Positions 36,901 through 48,657 of a stretch of DNA of 64,000 bases are shown in pieces. A program made the translations under genes and the position numbers. Every line of letters starts with the position of its first letter. Within the stretch, counting starts at the first letter, position 1. The notes under the pieces were generated by a model. That model was not told the origin of the DNA. It worked only from the letters and a program-made list of their open reading frames with translations, and made no database searches. Origin of the DNA: Pristiophorus japonicus (lineage: Eukaryota); the NCBI RefSeq assembly GCF_044704955.1, contig NC_091999.1, positions 63,612,001 to 63,676,000 on the forward strand, in the 5' to 3' direction.

Positions 36901-39304
36901 TGAATGGCCTCTCCCTCGTGTGAACTCGGTCGTGTTGCAGCAGGTGAGTTGACTGAGTGAATCCCTTGCCACACTTTGAGCAGGTGAATGGCCTCTCGCC
37001 GGTGTGAACTCGCTGGTGTTTGAGCAGGTTGGATGACCCAGTGAATCGCTTCCCACACACGTGGCAGGTGAACGACCTTTCCCCGGTGTGAACTCGCTGG
37101 TGTTTCCGCAGGTCGGATGACTGAATGAATCGCTTCCCACTCACGAGGCAGGTGAACGGCCTCTCCCCTGTGTGAACTCGCTGGTGTTTCACCAGGCTGG
37201 ATGGCTCAGTAAATCGCTTCCCACACTCTGAGCAGGTAAATGGCCTCTCCCCAGTGTGAACAAGCTGGTGTTTCAGCAGTTCGGATGAATGAATGAATGG
37301 CTTCCCACACACGGAGCAGGTGAACGGCCTCTCCCCGGTGTGAATGTGTTGATGAATTTCCAGTGCAGATGGCAGGTGAATCCCTTCCCACAGTCCCCAC
37401 ATTTCCACGGTTTCTCCGTGCTGCTCGTGTGCTTCCGTCTCTCCAGGTTGGATGATCAGTTGAAGCCTCCTCCACACACAACACGTTTACAGATTCTCCA
37501 CGCTGTGAATGATGCGATGGTTTTTCAGGCAGTGTAACTGGTTAAAGCTCTTTCCACAATCAGTGCACTGAAACACTCTCACTCGGGTGTGTGTCTCAGT
37601 GCTTTTTCAGTCACACTGATGTTTGTAATCTTTCCCCACAGACAGAATAAACTAACATTTCTCCTTCCACATTCAAAGGCCGATGATATTCAAGTCCTGA
37701 TGAATCGAATGACTCTATCAGATCTTGACGTGATGTTTAGTTTGAGTTTCCCTCCTTCAAATCCTCCCCTTCTAACACCCTGCAAAAGGACTTTACAAAA
37801 GTCATCACTGTAAGTACAGGATCGAAATTCAGAAAAGACAATTCTAGTTTCTATGGAACATTCTTTCCTTCTGCTGTGTGATTTTAAGTATTGACTTAAT
37901 AAAAAATAATAAAGAGGGAGAAGATAGATTGAGAGTAAACTGACAAGAAATATAAATACAGTCACAGCTTCTACAGATATATAAAAAGGAAGATATAGCT
38001 AAAATAAACGTTGGTCCCTTAGAGAATGAGACGGGGAATTAATAATGAGAAACAGGGAAATGGCAGAGACTTTAAACAAATATTTTGTGTGGTCTTCACG
38101 GTGGAAGACACTAAAAACATCCCAATAATAATAGATAATCAAGGGGTCACAGGGAGCGAGGAACTTAAAACAATCACTATCACTGGAGAAAAAGTATGAG
38201 ACAAACTATTGGGACTAAAGGTGGACGTCCCCTGGACCTGATGGCCTGCATCCTGGGGTCTTAAAAGAAGTGGCTGCAGAGAAAGTGGATGGATTGGTTG
38301 TAATCGACCAAAATTCCCTGGATTCTGGCAAGGTCCCAGTGGATTGGAAAACCTCAAATGTAACACCCCTATTCAACAAGGGAGGGAGGGAGAGAGAAAG
38401 CAGGAAACTATAGAGCAGTTAGCCAAACATTTATCATTTGGAAAATGCTGGAGTCCATTATTAAGGAAATAGTAGCAGGACATTTAGAAAATCATAATAG
38501 TCAAGCAGAGACGGCATGGTTTTATGAAAGGGAAATCACGTTGACAAATTTGCTCGAATTCTTTGAGGATGTAACGAGCAGGGTGGATGAAGAGGAACCA
38601 GTAGCAGTTGTGTATTTGCATTTCCAGAAGTCATTCGATAAGGTGCCAGATAAAAGGTTACTGCACAATATAAGAGCTCACAGGGTTGGTGGTAATATAT
38701 TAGCATAGATGTAGGATTGGCGAACTAACAGAAAACAGAGAGTGGGGATAAATGGGTCATTTTCAGGTTGGCAAACTGTAACTAGTGGGGTGCCACAAGG
38801 ATCAGTGCTGGGGCCTCAATTATTTACAATCCATATTAATGACTTGGATGAAGGGACGGAGTGCACTGCAGCCAAATATGCTGCTGATACAAAGATAGGT
38901 GGGAAAGCAAATTGTGAGGAGGACACAAAGTATCTGCAAAGGGTTATAGACAGGCTCAGTGAGTGGTCAAAAATTTGGCAGATGGAGTATAATGTGGGAA
39001 AATGTGAGGTTATGCACTTTGGTTGGAAGAATAAAAAAGCAAACTATTATTTAAATGGTGACTACAAAATGCTGCGGGACAGAGGGATCTGGAGGTCCTT
39101 GTGCATGAAACACAAAAAGTTAGCATGCAGGTACAGCAAGTAAACAGGAAGGTAAATGCAATGTTGGCCTTTATTGCAAGGGGAATGGAGTATAAAAGTA
39201 GAGAAGTCTTGCTGCAACTGTACAGGGTGTTCTTGAGATGATTTTGAGGAATAGACAAAATGTCTAAGCATTGATAAATGCATCGTCTAACATCTCCAAC
39301 TGAG
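33995..39304. repeat. Segmental duplication copy 2 (direct repeat of 8153-13062)
   Basis: See copy 1. Longer by three zinc fingers and a ~130-bp LINE tail at 34115-34244. Confidence 0.95.
36577..37779 (-). pseudogene. C2H2 zinc-finger array exon, copy 2 (10 main fingers), pseudogene
   Basis: HTGERPFTC linkers; acceptor ttttgcag| at 37781-37780; ACG at the presumptive start; 1-bp deletion in finger 1 and 1-bp insertion near 36745. Confidence 0.88.
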
Positions 39305-39583
39305 ATATAAATGTACAGCATTTGTTTATCAGGATATAGAACTATGCAGATTCTCCCAGTGGGACGAAAGTTGCTGAAATGACTTTGAGGTATCCTGTCA
39401 TTAAAGAGCTTCTCTTTGTCTCCAACCTGTGGTGTATATGAGCTGAGAGCGCTGAATGTAACAGCTTTGGCCACAAGTCCGACAAATATTCTGCTTCAGA
39501 TTAACAGCCCGCCCCTTGGCTAAAATAGGCAACAAAATTAATTGAGCGGCTGTGTGTGTAACTCACGATTGGAAGAAAAGGCC

Positions 39584-39599
39584 TTTATTATTTTTTATT
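39584..39599 (-). terminator. Tandem AATAAA poly(A) signals for secretory IgM
   Basis: tttatt at 39584-39589 and 39594-39599, about 30-40 nt after the stop. Confidence 0.7.
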
Positions 39600-39627
39600 T
39601 AAGAACTGAAAGGCAATCGAGAGATTC

Positions 39628-40019
39628 TCATTGATAAGAATTGATGTTGTCCATCAGAACAAGAGAAATATTCACAAAACTGGGTTTACCTCTGGATTTA
39701 TTGACGGTTCTGTTGGTGATTTTCAAGGAAATCGGTTTATGTCCCACCACACAGGAGTAAGAAGCGCCGCTGGCCCACTCCTCGGCTGCAACGGATAGCA
39801 GGCTGTACATGAAGAATGATCTGCTGCCGTTCTCCGCCATCACCTCGGTGTTCTTGTAGTTGTTGGAATCCACCGTCTTGTCATTGACGGTCCATTTGAC
39901 GAAGATCTCTCGGGGGGAGAAACCTCTCACTAAACAGGTGAGGCTGACCAACTTCTCAGCAGAGACATCTTCTGCCGAGGGCAGGAGGACAGACACGGCC
40001 GGTACCCGTGGATCTTTCG
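39628..40019 (-). pseudogene. IGHM: IgM heavy chain Cmu4 plus secretory tail exon (open frame)
   Basis: [61 protein letters not shown] closely matches shark IgM as I recall it. Acceptor ctacag| at 40021-40020. Confidence 0.92.
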
Positions 40020-40915
40020 CTGTAGAACAGTTACAATAAAGGCCAATGAACTGGACAGTTCCAGAGACAATGGTGGGAGTTTTAATCTAATAAAGCAGGC
40101 GTGTTGAGGGTGTGGGGGTGATTAAATTGGTAAAAATCGGAATCCCGACATCAACCCGACCACTCCTGGTTGTAATATTGTATTTGAATAATATATTTAT
40201 AGGAGGCTGGAATCCTCTATTTTAACCTCCATTCGGTGTTTAACTGTAGCTGGTCCGGCTTGACATACTGTGTAAATCCCAGCAGTTACAGCGATGCGTG
40301 GACTGCTGCACCCAGGTGGTTATTGCCCTTACACCTCCATCCTGGATCCAGGGTCACTGCCTAACCCACCCCCCGCGATCCGAGAGCTCCTCACTCGGAT
40401 TCCAATCCTCCTCTTCTCCCGGGTGGCCTGTGAGACCACCACCACCAACTCGCCTTCTCTGTTTAAATTCGCCAATGTCCCGTAGTTACACGTCAGAGAA
40501 ATATGCTCTTCGTTGACATTTAACGCTTTATTATTTCTCCTCTGGGGCCTCCCTGGTTTACCATCCCGCAGCAGAGTGAACATAATCTTTCTCTCTGAAA
40601 TCTTGAAGGGTTGGACTTGAATTTACTGCACAGATCAAGGCGATTTGGCCAACTGGTCTCTGCCTGTGTTTATGCTCCATACAAGCCTCCACCTGACTCA
40701 GTTCATCTAACCCTAATAACATACCCTTCTATTCCTTTCTCGCTGATGGACTTATCCAGTTTCCCCTAAAATACATAACCTCAGGTCCAAGAGTGGGATT
40801 ACTAAACTGAATGATCAGAGTAGCCCATTAAACACTTTATATAATGAATTGGCCCTTGCACATGCACCGGAAATAGTCACAGTATCTCACTTATTGCAAC
40901 AATCTCCCCGCTCAC

Positions 40916-41223
40916 CCTTTTCCTTGTGGATGGAATCTCTGATAGGAGTCGGCATATCCTGATGGCTCACCACGCAGTAGAACTTATCCCCACTCAGCCA
41001 GTCTTGTGTCGAGATGTTTAAGTTGCTGATCACACTGTTGGGATCCTCCCCGGGTTGGACGGCAATCTCTGATTTAAAACCTCCTTTTCTCGCGTCCTGG
41101 ACATGGTGAGCCCATAAAGAGCGTCAGACACGACGCAGGTTAAGGTCACCGTCGCCTCCAGTAAGACCTGTTCCAGTGACGGTGGGCGAAGAGTGATTTC
41201 TGAATCGCTGCATGGGACATCCA
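40916..41223 (-). pseudogene. IGHM: IgM Cmu3 exon, frameshifted
   Basis: [20 protein letters not shown] ... [25 protein letters not shown]; two 1-bp deletions (~41075 and ~41050); core Trp changed to Arg; AG/GT intact. Confidence 0.9.
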
Positions 41224-41899
41224 CTGCAAAACAGGAATGAAAGTCAGGAAAAGCTGCAGCTTCAGAATCCGGACACAATATTTAGCCTTAACTCGTTCAA
41301 GGGTAATACATCACTTTTGAGATATCAACCTCTCGCTGTTGCTTTAACACCGGCGGTATTGGAAGGACAATCAATTGGCAACGATTCCGGGAGATCTGTA
41401 ACATTTCTTGTGTATTTGCAGCCAGAGCCACCTGTAATGGGCTGTGAAGCAAATAACCAGCGTAAAACGGGAATACATTGTGGTGCAATTGTGTTAGGCA
41501 CTGAATAGCGCTCTTCCTGAAATCTCTTGCTTCTTTACACCCATCTATAGATCCTTGCATCCAAACGCATCTCCACTGGTTATAATAGTGAAGCCCAAAT
41601 AGCCCGAAGTTCAAAACAAGTGTCAAATTGATTTCAGGATTTATGGGATAACAGAAAACAAAGTTAAGTTTCTGGTCACTTGCTGTGATCTTTATTGCGG
41701 TGAAAATGTGCAGGAACTAGTCACAGCCCCCGTCAGAGGAGAAGTGCAAGGTCGGGAGAATGGAGTTCCAAGGGGTCTTTTGTGGTGGGGCATCATTTTT
41801 AATGAGGTGAGGTAGTTTGTTAATTTCTGTCATTACTGAACATTTATCATGTCTGGTGAGAGAGAGTCAGAGTTAAATATGACCTCAGGGCATTAATAG

Positions 41900-42400
41900 C
41901 AACATAGGAACTGGATGAGGCCACTCAGCCCATCCATCCTGTCCCGCAATCCATTTAGATCAGGGCTGATCTACACTCAACACCATCTTCACGCCTTGGT
42001 TCTGTAACCCTTGATAATCTTGCCTAACAAAAATCTATCAATCTCAGTTTTCAACTTTTCAATTGAAACCAAGCTTCAGCAGCTTTTGGGGAGGGAAATC
42101 CAGACTTCCTGTGAAGAAATCCTTCCTGACATCACTTCTGCACGATCTAGCTCTAATTTTAAGATTCTGCTATTTGTTCTGGACTTTTCCATCAAAGGAA
42201 ATAATTGTTCAACATCTACTTGATCAATTGTATTTATCTACTTGAACACCTCAATTGTATCACCTCTTAATATTCTCTACTCGTCTCCTCATCATTTTAT
42301 TTTATTAGCCCCGGTATCATTCGGATAAACCTGAACTTTACCGCCTCCATGACCAGTATATCCTTCCTGAGCTGCGGAGCCCAGAATTGGGCTCAGTGCT
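41900..42400 (-). mobile_element. Old CR1-like LINE 3' fragment in an IgM intron
   Basis: Degenerate 3' UTR and ORF2 end (aaaaatctatcaatctcag, cccagaattg). Confidence 0.6.
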
Positions 42401-42604
42401 CTGAATAGAGTTGATGCCCATTCCAACAGTGGGTTCCTGGACAGCTAGCAGTAAAGGGTTCCAGACTCTGACTGCCGCTCCGTATATGCTCAGCCAACTC
42501 AGGATAAACCTGCGAATAAGGGCACGTTACTCACTGCCTGAAATCAGAGCAGGGGGAAAGCTTCGTTGGCGAGTTTATTAAATCCTGAACAATGAGGAAT
42601 CCTG

Positions 42605-43027
42605 AACCAGAAGATCGTGGGTTGAAGTCTCACTCCAGATACTTGATCACAAAATGTAAGCTGAGTCTCCCAGTGCAGTACTGGGGGCGTGGTGCACTAT
42701 TGGAGGTGCCGTCTTTCGGATCACGTGTTAAACCGAGGATCCGTCTGGCCTCTTAGGTGGACGTAAATGATTCCCTGGATCTATTTCAATGAAAAGCCGA
42801 GGACTTTTCCTTAGTGGCCTGGGAATATTTATAGCTCAAAAAACACCACTAAGCAAAATATAATCTGGTCATTATCACACTGCTGTTTGTGGGAGATTGC
42901 TGTGCACTAAATGATTGCTGCACGTTGTACATTACAACTGTGACCACATTTCACCACTTAATTCATTGGCTGGCAAGCGATTTGGTTCAGACTAAGGTAG
43001 CTGAAGGCGCTGTTTCAAGGCAAGTTT
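42605..43027 (+). mobile_element. Deu-domain SINE in an IgM intron
   Basis: Colinear with 13091-13530. Confidence 0.75.
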
Positions 43028-43161
43028 GTAATCACAAGAATACACAAACTGCATGATTGGAAATTAGGAATATTTCGGTGCTTTTTACTAATTTCAATAA
43101 AAGTCCTGACTGAGATCAGCGCTCAGAATGGTCTGTAACCTCCTGGGATTGTGCCTCTTAC

Positions 43162-43479
43162 TCGGAGATCTGGTGAAGTTACGGCTTTGCGTGACCCCTT
43201 CATGAGTGTCCTGGCAGGTGTAGACCGAGCCGGTGAACCATTCCTCGGCGGGGACTGTCAGCCGACTGGCCACCGAGAAGTTCCCATTCACCTCAAATAC
43301 GGGAGAGGTGACGGTGCCAGAATCCAGGAGTTGTCCACTCTCCAGCCAATTCACGGTCAGTGACTTTTGCCGGAAATCGATGATTGAACACACGGCGCTT
43401 GCATATCTGCTGCTGGTGATTTGTTCAGTAGAACTCAGCGTGAGGAGAACAGTTGGAGGGATGATGTCGCGTTCAGAAT
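43162..43479 (-). pseudogene. IGHM: IgM Cmu2 exon (open frame)
   Basis: [49 protein letters not shown]; acceptor ttgaag| and donor |gtaaga, phase 1. Confidence 0.9.
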
Positions 43480-43636
43480 CTTCAAGAGAAGACAAATTAT
43501 TGACATTGCTTGCAAAATCAATCATTAAGAAATGCAAAGTGTCCTTATATTTTAACAGGTTCTTCGCTGTCAGACTAACACTAACCTGGCATTTACAGAG
43601 AGCAGACTGTGCACAGTCTTTTCAGTGTAATCTGCA

Positions 43637-44008
43637 GACCGGAACTGTGCATAATATTCTTAGTATGATCTGGAGACCAGAACGTTACACAGTATTCCAA
43701 GAGTGATGAGGAGACCAGAACTGTAAACAATATTCTTAGTATGATATGGAGACCTGAACTGTGGACAGTATTCTAAATGTGATATGGAAACCAGAACTGT
43801 GCATAATATTCTAAGTATGATAGGGAGACCAGAACTAAACACAGTATTTTAATTGTGATATGGGAGACCAGAACGGTGCACAGTATTATAAGTGCGACAG
43901 GGAGACCAGAACTATACACAGTACTCTAAGTGTGATATGGAGAACAGAACTGTACACAGCATTCTAAGTGTAATATGGAGACCAGAACTGTACACAGCAC
44001 TCTAAGTG
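43637..44008. repeat. ~38-bp tandem repeat, ~10 units, derived from a LINE ORF2 segment
   Basis: Unit ggagaccagaactgtacacagtattctaagtgtgatat, the reverse complement of the HLEYCVQFWSP-coding LINE segment. Confidence 0.85.
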
Positions 44009-44087
44009 TCGTCTAACCAAATTTCTGTACAAGTTGAACATACCTTCTCTTCTTATCACAGTTTGCCCTGTATCCCACATCACTAAC

Positions 44088-44277
44088 CTAGGATTGTGAT
44101 GGCCCAGACCGACACACCACGTCAAACCTCGCAGTAGATGGTGCTGCTGCACACCTCTGACTCGCTGATGGTTAACCGGCACTTTATCTTTCTTCCAGGA
44201 AAGGCTGGTGATTTTATCTTTCTTCCAGGAAAAGCTGGTGATTTTGGGGGAGTAGTCCATCGCCAAACAGCTGAAGC
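44088..44277 (-). pseudogene. IGHM: IgM Cmu1 exon remnant (5' truncated, 30-bp duplication, internal deletion, stop)
   Basis: CLAMDYSPKITSFSWKKDK-ITSLSWKKDK ... LTISESEVCSSTIYCEV*RGVSVW; donor |gttagt at 44087. Confidence 0.85.
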
Positions 44278-44852
44278 AGTTTCTCCCTACTCAGCGCACT
44301 GTGACCTGGGCTCTATTCCATCCTATTGAATGGACGTCTCTTGAGTTTCCTCCTTCCTCCCACTCAATAAATAATCCGAATTAAATACCATTCCAAAATC
44401 CGGTTAATTGGAAGTTTCTCCTTAAAACGGTCCATTTCAATTCCCATTGTTGTTCTTGTTATATAACAATGACCTGGACTTGGTTATAGGGATTCCATCT
44501 CAAAGTTCGAAGATGAAGCAAAACCTGGCAACGTAGCCAATAGTGAGCATGATAGTAACAGACTTGAAGAGGAATCAGAGAGATGAGTGAAATGGGCCGG
44601 GACATGGCAGGTGCAATTTAATGCGGATAATTGAGAAGCGGTGCACTTTGGGTGGAACATGTAGAGGCAGTATCATCTCAATAGTATTGTTTTGAGGGGA
44701 TACAAAAACAAAAATATCTGGATATTGCCCCCGTGTGAATATTACTAAAAATGTTCGTAAATGCTCACTGAAAGCCGATGTGCATGTGTTTGTATGTGGG
44801 GTTGGGGTTGAAGCCCAGATTCTCACAGAGACAGAATCCAGGTTCTCACAGG

Positions 44853-44934
44853 ACCAGGATAGCCGAGTGGTTGAGGCGTTGGCCTTAAAATTCAATGGGT
44901 TTTTCCCGCGTGGGTTCGTACCCAACTCCTGGTA
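44853..44934 (+). tRNA. tRNA-Leu(TAA)-like, likely pseudogene
   Basis: ACCAGGA...TCCTGGTA with mismatches in the anticodon and T stems. Confidence 0.75.
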
Positions 44935-45683
44935 TTTCTCTAATTTAACACGGGGATTTCCTCCCATTCTGATCAATGAGACCGGATTTTCATCGGTTGA
45001 ATCAGCAATTTTCTGTAACAATGTGACACTCTGAACCGATAATGAAATGAAATTGTGAAATGTATCTGTGTCGCTCGGTCTCTGCCTCTCTCTCTCTCTT
45101 CAGAGAGTTGTGTATGTGTTTGTATGTTTGAGTCTTTGTCTCTCTCAGTCTGACTCAATCTGTCTGTCCCTGTTTCTCTGTTTGTCTCTGTCTCTCAATC
45201 TGTCTCTTTCTCACGGTGCCACGTCTGTTCCAATGGGATTCTATCAGACTCTTTGCCTGACTGGCTCTCTCTTTCCCATCATTTCGGTCTGTCCATGCCT
45301 TTGCCTGTCTCCATTAGTCCCTGCCTGTAAGCTGAGAAGTATTTCCATCATTTTCTGTTTTAGTCTCTTTCGCTCTCTCTCTATCTGTCTCTCCCCTTGT
45401 CACTGTCTTTATCATTGTCTTTCTCTCACTCTTTCCCTGTCTCTCTTAATAGATCACACACACACATCTCTGTTTATGTATATGTTTGAGTCTTTTTCTC
45501 ACTCAGTCTGTTTCTCCTTCTCAGTCTCACACTTTCTGTCTCTCGTTGTCTCTATCTCGCTGTCTGTCTCTCCCTGTTTGTCGGTTTGTCTCTGACTCTC
45601 AATGTGTCTGTCGACTTCTCATGGTGTCCAGTTCTGTTCACAGTGGCTCGATTCCTGCTCTGACAGAGCTCGTACCCGTCAGT

Positions 45684-45755
45684 TCCTCGTTAGTATAATG
45701 GTGAGTGTCCCCGTCCGTCACGTGGGTGACCGGGGTTCAATTCCCCGACGCAGAG
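45684..45755 (+). tRNA. tRNA-Asp(GTC)-like, likely pseudogene
   Basis: TCCTCGTTAGTATAATGGTGAG...GGTTCAATTCCCCGACG with acceptor-stem mismatches. Confidence 0.78.
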
Positions 45756-45985
45756 GCAGTTGTTTCAAAATGTAGAATTTTACTTCTGTTTCTTGGTAGA
45801 GATTCATATTAAAAAGTTCCAGAGCAACAAAGAACTGTAAAAGTACACGTAGAGGTTAGAGCCTCTTCCAGATTTTGAGCAAACGGAGACTTTTTCACGA
45901 TTCTATGGCCGTCTGCTGCACAGAGTTGGATGACTGAATTTGTTCTGAGTGAATCTCTACCAAGTACTCACCAGGTTCTCACAGG

Positions 45986-46067
45986 ACCAGGATAGCCGAG
46001 TGGTTAAGACGTTGGCCTGAAAATTCAGTCGGTTTTTCCCGCGTGGGTTCGTACCCGACTCCTGGTA
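45986..46067 (+). tRNA. tRNA-Leu body with anticodon mutated to GAA, pseudogene
   Basis: Same body as 44853; loop ct-gaa-aa. Confidence 0.7.
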
Positions 46068-46308
46068 TCTTTTTAATTTGACACGGATTTCCTCCCATTC
46101 TGATCAGTAAAACCGGATTTTCATCGGTTGAATCAGCAATTTTCTGTAACAATGTGACACTCTGAACCGATAATGAAATGAAATTGTGAAATGTATCTGT
46201 GTCGCTCGGTCTCTGCCTTTCTCTCTTCAGAGAACTGTGCATGTGTTTGGATGTTTGAGTCTTTGTCTCTCTCAGTCTGACTCACTCTGTCTGTCCCTGA
46301 AAGACACA

Positions 46309-46388
46309 GTAGTCGTGGCCGAGTGGTGAAGGCGACGTTATCGAAATCCATTGGGTTATCCCGCCAGGTTCGAATCCTGCCGACTACG
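46309..46388 (+). tRNA. tRNA-Ser(CGA)-like, likely pseudogene
   Basis: GTAGTCGTGGCCGAGTGG...GGTTCGAATCCTGCCGACTACG with a broken anticodon stem. Confidence 0.78.
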
Positions 46389-46789
46389 ATTCTCAGCATT
46401 TTTCATTCCATTTCACAATTTAACCGGTTCTCTGCCAAACTGATCCTGAGATAGATGGAATAACGTCCCACACCTTTCAACACTGACATTTTTTTCTCAT
46501 TTTTATTAATCTGCAATATTCACGATATATCCGTTTCAAAAATCGCAAACATCAGTCAAAGTTGCGACAGTGATTCAGCCTGTCTATCCCTCGAGATGTC
46601 TGAGGCATCTGTGCATGCCCGTTGGTGCGTGCAAATTTTTGGTTATGTGTGTGTGGGTCTTTGTGTCTGTCTATCTCTATATATGTATCTGTGTATGTGC
46701 AACTGTCTGTGGAAATCATCACCATGAATTTGGTATGTCCTGGAACTTATAAAAAAGACTTGGGGAAAATAATACGTTTGTGAACTTTT

Positions 46790-47045
46790 GTATCGGCTTT
46801 GGTTCAGTGGCAGCATTCTCGACTGAATCGGGAGTTTGTGTGTTCAAGTCGCACTCCTGAGACTTGAGCATTATCATCTTGGCTAACACTCAAGTGCAGC
46901 ACTTGGGGAATTTTGCAATGTTGAAGCTGTTGATTTTCGGATGAAATGTTAAATTGAAGCTCCGTCTGCACCCTCGGGTGGATATGAAAGGTCCCAGAGC
47001 ATTACTCGAAAAAGAATAGGAGAGTTGCCCCCGTGTCCATATTAC
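46790..47045 (+). mobile_element. 3'-truncated Deu-SINE head amplified with the tRNA unit (also ~49780, 52905, 56220, 58475, 63655)
   Basis: ggttcagtggcagcattctc..gttcaagtc..ttcggatgaaatgttaaa..ccgtctgc aligns to 13091-13350. Confidence 0.7.
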
Positions 47046-47152
47046 TAAAAATGTTCGTAAATGCTCACTGAAAGCCGATGTGCATGTGTTTGTATGTGGG
47101 GTTGGGGTTGAAGCCCAGATTCTCAGAGAGACAGAATCCAGGTTCTCACAGG

Positions 47153-47234
47153 ACTAGGATAGCCGAGTGGTTGAGGCGTTGGCCTTAGAAGTCAATGGGT
47201 TTTTCCCGCGTGGGTTCGTACCCCACTCCTGGTA
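47153..47234 (+). tRNA. tRNA-Leu-like (anticodon TAG), likely pseudogene
   Basis: Leu(TAA) body with loop ct-tag-aa. Confidence 0.72.
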
Positions 47235-47963
47235 CCTCTTTAATTTGACACGGATTTGCTCCCATTTTGATCAGTAAAACCGGATATAAATCGGTTGAAT
47301 CACCAATTTTCTGTAACAATGTGACACTCTGAACCGATAATGAAATTAAATTGTGAAATGTATCTGTGTCGCTCGGTCTCTGCCTCTCTCTCTTCAGAGA
47401 ACTAAGCATGTGTTTGGATGTTTGAGTCTTTGACTCACTCTGTCTGTCCCTGTTTCTCTGTTTGTCTCTGTCTCTCAATCTGTCTCTTTCTTACGGTGCC
47501 ACATCTGTTCCAATGGGATTCTCTCAGACTCTTTGTCTGACTGGCTCTCTCTTTCCCATCATTTCGGTCTGTCCATGTCTTTGCCTGTCTCTGTTAGCCC
47601 CTGACTGTAAGCTGAGAAGTATTTCCATCATTTTCTGTTTTAGTCTCTATCGCTCTCTCTCTATCTGTCTCTCTCCTTGTCACTGTCTTTATTATTGTCT
47701 TTCTCTCACTCTTTCCCTCTCTCTCTTAATAGATCACACACACACATCTCTGTATATGTATATGTTTGAGTATTTTACTCACTCAGTCTGCTTCTCCTTC
47801 TCAGTCTCACACTTTCTGTCTCTCGTTGTCTCTATCTCGCTGTCTGTCTCTCCCTGTTTGTCGGTTTGTCTCTGTCTCTCAATGTGTCTGTCGACTTCTC
47901 ATGGTGTCCAGTTCTGTTCACTGTGGTTCGATTCTTGCTCTGACAGAACTGGTACCCGTCAGT

Positions 47964-48035
47964 TCTTCGTTAATATAATGATGAGTATCCCCGCCTGTCA
48001 TGCTGGAGACTGGGGTTCAATTCCCCGACGGGGAG
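47964..48035 (+). tRNA. tRNA-Asp(GTC)-like, likely pseudogene
   Basis: Asp body with a damaged A box. Confidence 0.75.
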
Positions 48036-48254
48036 GCAGTTATTTAAAATTGTAGAATTTTACTTCTGTTTCTTGGTAGAGATTCATATTAAATGTTCCA
48101 GAGCAATATCGAACTGTAAAAATACAGATAGAAGAGATTGCCTCGTCCAGATTTTCAGCAACGGAGAATTTTTCAGGAGTCTTTGGCCGTCTGCTGCACA
48201 GACATGGATGACTGAGTTTTTTCTTAGGCCAAGTACGGACCACGTTCTCAAAGG

Positions 48255-48336
48255 ACCAGGATAGCTGAGTGGTTAAGTTGTTGGTCTTAAAATTCAATGG
48301 GTTTTTCCCGCATGGGTTCGTACCCCACTCCAGATA
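48255..48336 (+). tRNA. tRNA-Leu(TAA) pseudogene
   Basis: Leu body with a broken acceptor stem. Confidence 0.68.
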
Positions 48337-48577
48337 TATATTTAATTTGACACGGATTTACTCCCATTCTGATCAGTAAAACCGGATTTAAATCGGTTAA
48401 ATCAGCAATTTTGTGCAACAATGTGACACTCTGAACCGATAATGAAATGAAATTGTGAAATGTATCAGTGTCGCTCGGTCTCTGCCTCTCTCTCTTCAGA
48501 GAACTAAGCATGTGTTTGGATGTTTGAGTCTTTGTCTCTCTCAGTCTGACTCACTCTGTCTGTCCCTGAAAAACGCA

Positions 48578-48657
48578 GTGGTCGTGGCCAAGTGGTTAAG
48601 ACGACGGACTCGAAATCCATTGGGTTATCCCGCCAGGTTCGAATACTGCCGACTACG
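48578..48657 (+). tRNA. tRNA-Ser(CGA)-like, likely pseudogene
   Basis: Ser body with loop ct-cga-aa and a B-box substitution. Confidence 0.75.

Noticed and set aside
43637-44008. Immunoglobulin switch region
   Set aside because: LINE-derived, not AGCT/G-rich, and located between Cmu1 and Cmu2 rather than upstream of Cmu1.
39628-44277. IgNAR or IgW identity
   Set aside because: Four domains with Cmu1-Cmu4-specific motifs and the IgM tailpiece fit IgM much better.
44276-44303. 12-RSS (CACAGTG, 12 bp, AGAAACTGC, minus strand) next to the Cmu1 truncation
   Set aside because: The nonamer matches only 5/9, no V/D/J segment is adjacent, and the breakpoint is on the nonamer side, which does not fit RAG cleavage.
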